This document shows positions 50,885 through 51,843 of a DNA stretch of 51,843 nt, in pieces. Where the stretch lies: contig MEVH01000022.1 of assembly GCA_001772665.1 (NCBI GenBank), positions 1-51,843 on the forward strand, written 5' to 3'. How positions within the stretch are numbered: the stretch's first letter is position 1; each line of letters begins with the position of its first letter. The notes beneath the pieces are model-generated. The model saw nothing but the letters and a program-made list of their open reading frames with translations. It was not told the origin of the DNA and ran no database searches. The position numbers and the translations under genes are program-made. The stretch is from a candidate division WWE3 bacterium RIFCSPLOWO2_01_FULL_39_13. GTDB lineage: Bacteria; Patescibacteriota; WWE3; 2-01-FULL-39-13.

Positions 50885-51843
50885 AAACACCAAAGATATT
50901 AAGCATAGTAAAACATAAGCTCCAGATGCCAAAGAATAACATTCCAAACTCAGAGGCGGGAAAGGTTGAGAGGAGCAACACCACAAGATTAAACATGAAT
51001 GCAGTAGTATTAATAACTATAAAAGAATTGAAATTCTATTTTGACCATCCGTCAGGATACCTTCTAATCGGACTTTTCCTTTTGGTCAATTACTTTTTCT
51101 TTCTGCGTCCGTTCTTTTTGATTGGCAATGCTTCATTAAGAGAGATGTTCAATATGCTTCCTCTTATTTTAAGCGCTTTCATTCCTGCAGTAACAATGGG
51201 ATTATTCGCACAAGAAAGAGACAAACAAACTATAGAATATTTAATGACAAAGCCGGTTTCAGTGATACAGCTTTTTACAGGGAAAATACTAGGAGCATCT
51301 TCTTTTGTTATCTCTGCACTCTTTTTGACTCTTCCCCTTCCCTTTTTTATTGCGAAAATTGGACAAATTGATGCAGGCGAAACCTTTGCCGGATACTTGA
51401 GCGCGGTAATCCTTATCATCTCGTTGAGTACTCTGGGGGCAGGTATATCCTCCCTTTTTAAAAACCAGATATCCGCCTTTTTATCAACCCTTGCCATAAT
51501 CTTGGTTCTCACTCTTATTGGATCAGATTACTTTTCGCTGAACATTCCGCAGTCAATAACAAAATTCTTTGCAATTTTCAGTGTTCAAGATCATTACCAG
51601 TCAATTGCAAGAGGAGTCTTAGAATTTAAAGACATAGGCTACTTTCTGCTTTTAATACTTGTATCATCTGTCGTTGGATACATAAGTCTTCAGAAAATCC
51701 GCGTTTCGAGGACATCAATGATTATCAAAAAATCTATTCTTGCGGTTCTTATTACTGCCTCCATCGTCTTCACCGTCTCTTTTATATCTACACAAATTCA
51801 GGCAAGGCTTGATCTGACCTCTGCTCGAAAATATACACTTTCT
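50881..51843 (+). CDS. ABC-2 permease GldF-like fused to GldG-like domain (runs off window end)
   Basis: Manual translation: KELKFYFDHPSGY..PAVTMGLFAQERDKQTIEYLMTKP then, in frame, RLDLTSARKYTLS; absent from the ORF track because it has no stop in the window. Confidence 0.85.
   Translation, partial: MKTPKILSIVKHKLQMPKNNIPNSEAGKVERSNTTRLNMNAVVLITIKELKFYFDHPSGYLLIGLFLLVNYFFFLRPFFLIGNASLREMFNMLPLILSAFIPAVTMGLFAQERDKQTIEYLMTKPVSVIQLFTGKILGASSFVISALFLTLPLPFFIAKIGQIDAGETFAGYLSAVILIISLSTLGAGISSLFKNQISAFLSTLAIILVLTLIGSDYFSLNIPQSITKFFAIFSVQDHYQSIARGVLEFKDIGYFLLLILVSSVVGYISLQKIRVSRTSMIIKKSILAVLITASIVFTVSFISTQIQARLDLTSARKYTLS

Noticed and set aside
51090..51512. 140-aa minus-strand ORF and similar short antisense ORFs throughout
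   Set aside because: Shadow frames of well-supported genes on the opposite strand.

Overview
Chromosomal segment of a small-genome bacterium. Gene content and style point to Patescibacteria/CPR (inferred from type IV pilus genes, two T4SS-coupling/HerA-like ATPases, a short YebC, a single Xer recombinase and many promoters abutting start codons). It carries a type IV pilus cluster (2 pilins, prepilin peptidase, pilB/T/C), gyrB-[membrane protein]-ppa-gyrA, rnhB, a Xer recombinase, ruvC, yebC, a RluA-family synthase, an Lgt-like/DksA fusion, efp, dnaB, an AbiEi/AbiEii toxin-antitoxin pair, PGI/PMI, pcm, a 1518-aa surface protein, a Gld-type ABC transporter, three normal tRNAs, RNase P RNA and several IS200/IS605-like miniature repeats. 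The most striking observation is at 14097-14407 (minus strand). A 70-nt CCA-ending RNA has the alanine identity elements (G3:U70, A73) and a normal T-arm but no D-stem or canonical anticodon arm. It is followed by an apparently separately promoted and terminated ~75-nt small RNA complementary to 31 of the 36 nt of its body, in circularly permuted order. This is a candidate undescribed two-RNA system (split tmRNA-like, or tRNA mimic plus antisense/splint). All calls are by-eye; no database searches were run.
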